Translations under genes and position numbers: made by a program
The notes under the pieces: generated by a model
The model's input: the letters and a program-made list of their open reading frames with translations, nothing else
Database searches by the model: none
What the model was told of the DNA's origin: nothing
Shown here: positions 62,247 through 64,000 of the stretch, piece after piece
Position numbering within the stretch: position 1 is the first letter of the stretch
Layout of the letters: each line of letters opens with the position of its first letter
NCBI GenBank assembly: GCA_963726745.1
Contig: CAVSDR010000004.1
Span: forward strand, 96,001 to 160,000
Source: an uncultured Verrucomicrobiae bacterium
GTDB taxonomy: Bacteria; Verrucomicrobiota; Verrucomicrobiia; Chthoniobacterales; UBA10450
Length of the DNA: 64,000 nt
Direction: 5' to 3'

Positions 62247-63821
62247 CTAGGCCTTGAGCTCGGCGCCGGAATTAGCGTCGGTGACGGTGAATTTCTCGTG
62301 GTGATAGCTCGGGTCCGCGCGGAACAGGAGCCGGCCAGCGTAGCGACGCTCGAGCTCCACCAGAAGCTCTTCGTCCTCTTCCTTCAAACGCTTGAGCACA
62401 TCGGGATTCAGGATCACCCGAATGTCATGCACGCTGTCCTGATACTTCCGCATCACGGTGTTCAGCGTCCGGTGCAGCTCGACGCTCGTGGTCATGGAGG
62501 TTTTCACCACGCCGCGTCCCTGGCAGTAGGGACAATTCTCGTAGATCGAATCGCTCAAGCTTTCCTGCGCGCGCTGGCGCGTCATTTCCATGAGGCCCAA
62601 GGCTGAGAGCTGGAGCACATGGGTCTTCGCCTTGTCGCGGCGGAGGCGTTCCTTCATCAAATTATAGACCGCCATCTGGTCCTTGCGGCTCTTCATGTCG
62701 ATGAAGTCGCCAATGATGAGGCCGCCGATATTGCGCAGCCGGAGCTGGCGCGCGATCTCGTCGGCTGCTTCGAGATTAGTCTGCAAGATGGTCTTCTCGA
62801 CGTCCCGCCCGCCCTTGTTCCGCCCGGTGTTCACGTCGATCGCGACCAGCGCTTCGGTCTCGTCGATTACGATGTAGCCGCCGCACTTCAGCCAAACCTG
62901 GCGATGGAAGGCGTCGTCAATCTGCTTCTGGATGCCGAAGGTCTCGAAGATCGGCGCGGCGCCGTCGTAGAACTGGATGCGGTTGCGCGCGCGGCGCGAG
63001 ATCTCGCCCACGAGGCTGTTCATCCGCTCGATCGCCGTGCGGTCGTCGCAAACTACTTCGTCGATCTCGTCGGTTAAAAAATCGCGCACGGTGCGCTCGA
63101 CCAGGTCGGGTTCTTCGAAGACGCGGCAAGGCGCGCGCTCGGTCTTCATGGCTTCTTCGACGCGCTGCCAATTTTCCACCAGGAAAGCGAGATCGCGCAC
63201 GAAATAGCGCGCCCGCTGCCCCTCGCCCACGGTGCGAATGATCACACCCACGCCTTCGGGGATCTCGAGCTCGCGCAAAATCTTGCGCAGGCGATCGCGT
63301 TCTTTCGGGTCCTCGATTTTGCGCGAGATGCCGCTGCGATCGCTGTAGGGCATGAAGACGAGATAGCGGCCGGCGAAGCTCAGGTTCGTGGTCACGCGCG
63401 GGCCCTTGGTCCCGATGGGACCCTTGGTTACCTGCACGATTACCTCGGCGCCGACGGGATAAATATTCGGGATATCCTTGGCCGTGATGCGTTTCTTCTG
63501 CCCGCGCTTATTCGGCCGGTCGATCTCCTCGATGTTGCTGTCTAAAGCTGCGGGGATCGCATCCCAGAAGTGGAGAAAAGCATTCTTCTCAAAACCGATG
63601 TCGACGAACATCGCCTTCAACCCCATCTCGATGTTCTTTACGCGTCCCTTATAGACGCTCCCGACGATGTTCCGGGTGCTGTTGCGCTCGACGTTATATT
63701 CTTCGAGGCGGCCGTTCTCCAGGAGCGCCACGCGACGCTCCAGTTTTTCCACGTTGATGATGAGCTTTTTGCCCGTCTTCTTCGCGGAGAGGCCAAGAAT
63801 TCGTTTCACTGTGTCGATCAT
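62247..63821 (-). CDS. Ribonuclease E/G family (Rne/Rng)
   Basis: S1 domain, VQVTKGPIGTKGPR, IDVNTG, RLRNIGGLI, CPYCQG. Confidence 0.95.
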   Translation of the reverse strand: MIDTVKRILGLSAKKTGKKLIINVEKLERRVALLENGRLEEYNVERNSTRNIVGSVYKGRVKNIEMGLKAMFVDIGFEKNAFLHFWDAIPAALDSNIEEIDRPNKRGQKKRITAKDIPNIYPVGAEVIVQVTKGPIGTKGPRVTTNLSFAGRYLVFMPYSDRSGISRKIEDPKERDRLRKILRELEIPEGVGVIIRTVGEGQRARYFVRDLAFLVENWQRVEEAMKTERAPCRVFEEPDLVERTVRDFLTDEIDEVVCDDRTAIERMNSLVGEISRRARNRIQFYDGAAPIFETFGIQKQIDDAFHRQVWLKCGGYIVIDETEALVAIDVNTGRNKGGRDVEKTILQTNLEAADEIARQLRLRNIGGLIIGDFIDMKSRKDQMAVYNLMKERLRRDKAKTHVLQLSALGLMEMTRQRAQESLSDSIYENCPYCQGRGVVKTSMTTSVELHRTLNTVMRKYQDSVHDIRVILNPDVLKRLKEEDEELLVELERRYAGRLLFRADPSYHHEKFTVTDANSGAELKA

Positions 63822-63889
63822 AAGAAAAGGCGATGCGCCACCGGCTGGCCGGGATTCGAAGAAGCTCGAGCGGCATGGCGGCTGGTTGT

Positions 63890-64000
63890 TTAGTTTCTGC
63901 GCGGCTGCGTCCCGGGACGGCGAGCAGGCGGCGGTGGTGGTTGGGCGGGCTGGCGCCCGCCGAAGATTCTCTGGAAGAAATTGGGTTTCGGTGTCGGCTG
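63890..64000 (-). CDS. 3' end of an upstream gene (partial)
   Basis: QPTPKPNFFQRIFGGRQPAQPPPPPARRPGTQPRRN*, open to the window edge. Confidence 0.55.
   Translation of the reverse strand, partial: QPTPKPNFFQRIFGGRQPAQPPPPPARRPGTQPRRN

Overview
GC-rich (about 65-67% by eye) bacterial chromosomal window, most likely Verrucomicrobiota (Chthoniobacterales-like). That assignment is inferred from the C-terminal dockerin module, the SGKEMKQ-type outer-membrane protein and the attC style. Housekeeping genes: accC/accB, ppc-gltA-sucD-(VOC)-sucC, ribD, rpoD-dnaG, thiH/thiS, rne/rng and ku. Accessory content: a pga/ica-like exopolysaccharide operon, a TetR-EmrAB efflux unit, a five-gene cluster around a multidomain peptidoglycan hydrolase, and several large secreted proteins. 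Upstream of dnaG (about 52.7-57.7 kb) is an accessory island. It carries an integrase-less integron cassette array (an attI-like site and two attC cassettes, both encoding GYF_2/DUF4339 proteins), followed by an unknown 229-aa gene, a 21-bp-period tandem array and an ArsR-type HTH gene. The most unexpected signal is window-wide: the octamer CTCGTTAG/CTAACGAG occurs about 31 times by manual count, in both orientations and mostly inside genes where it forces rare codons. The same octamer ends all three att sites. About a dozen apparent +1 frameshifts in otherwise intact genes are probably sequencing or assembly errors.
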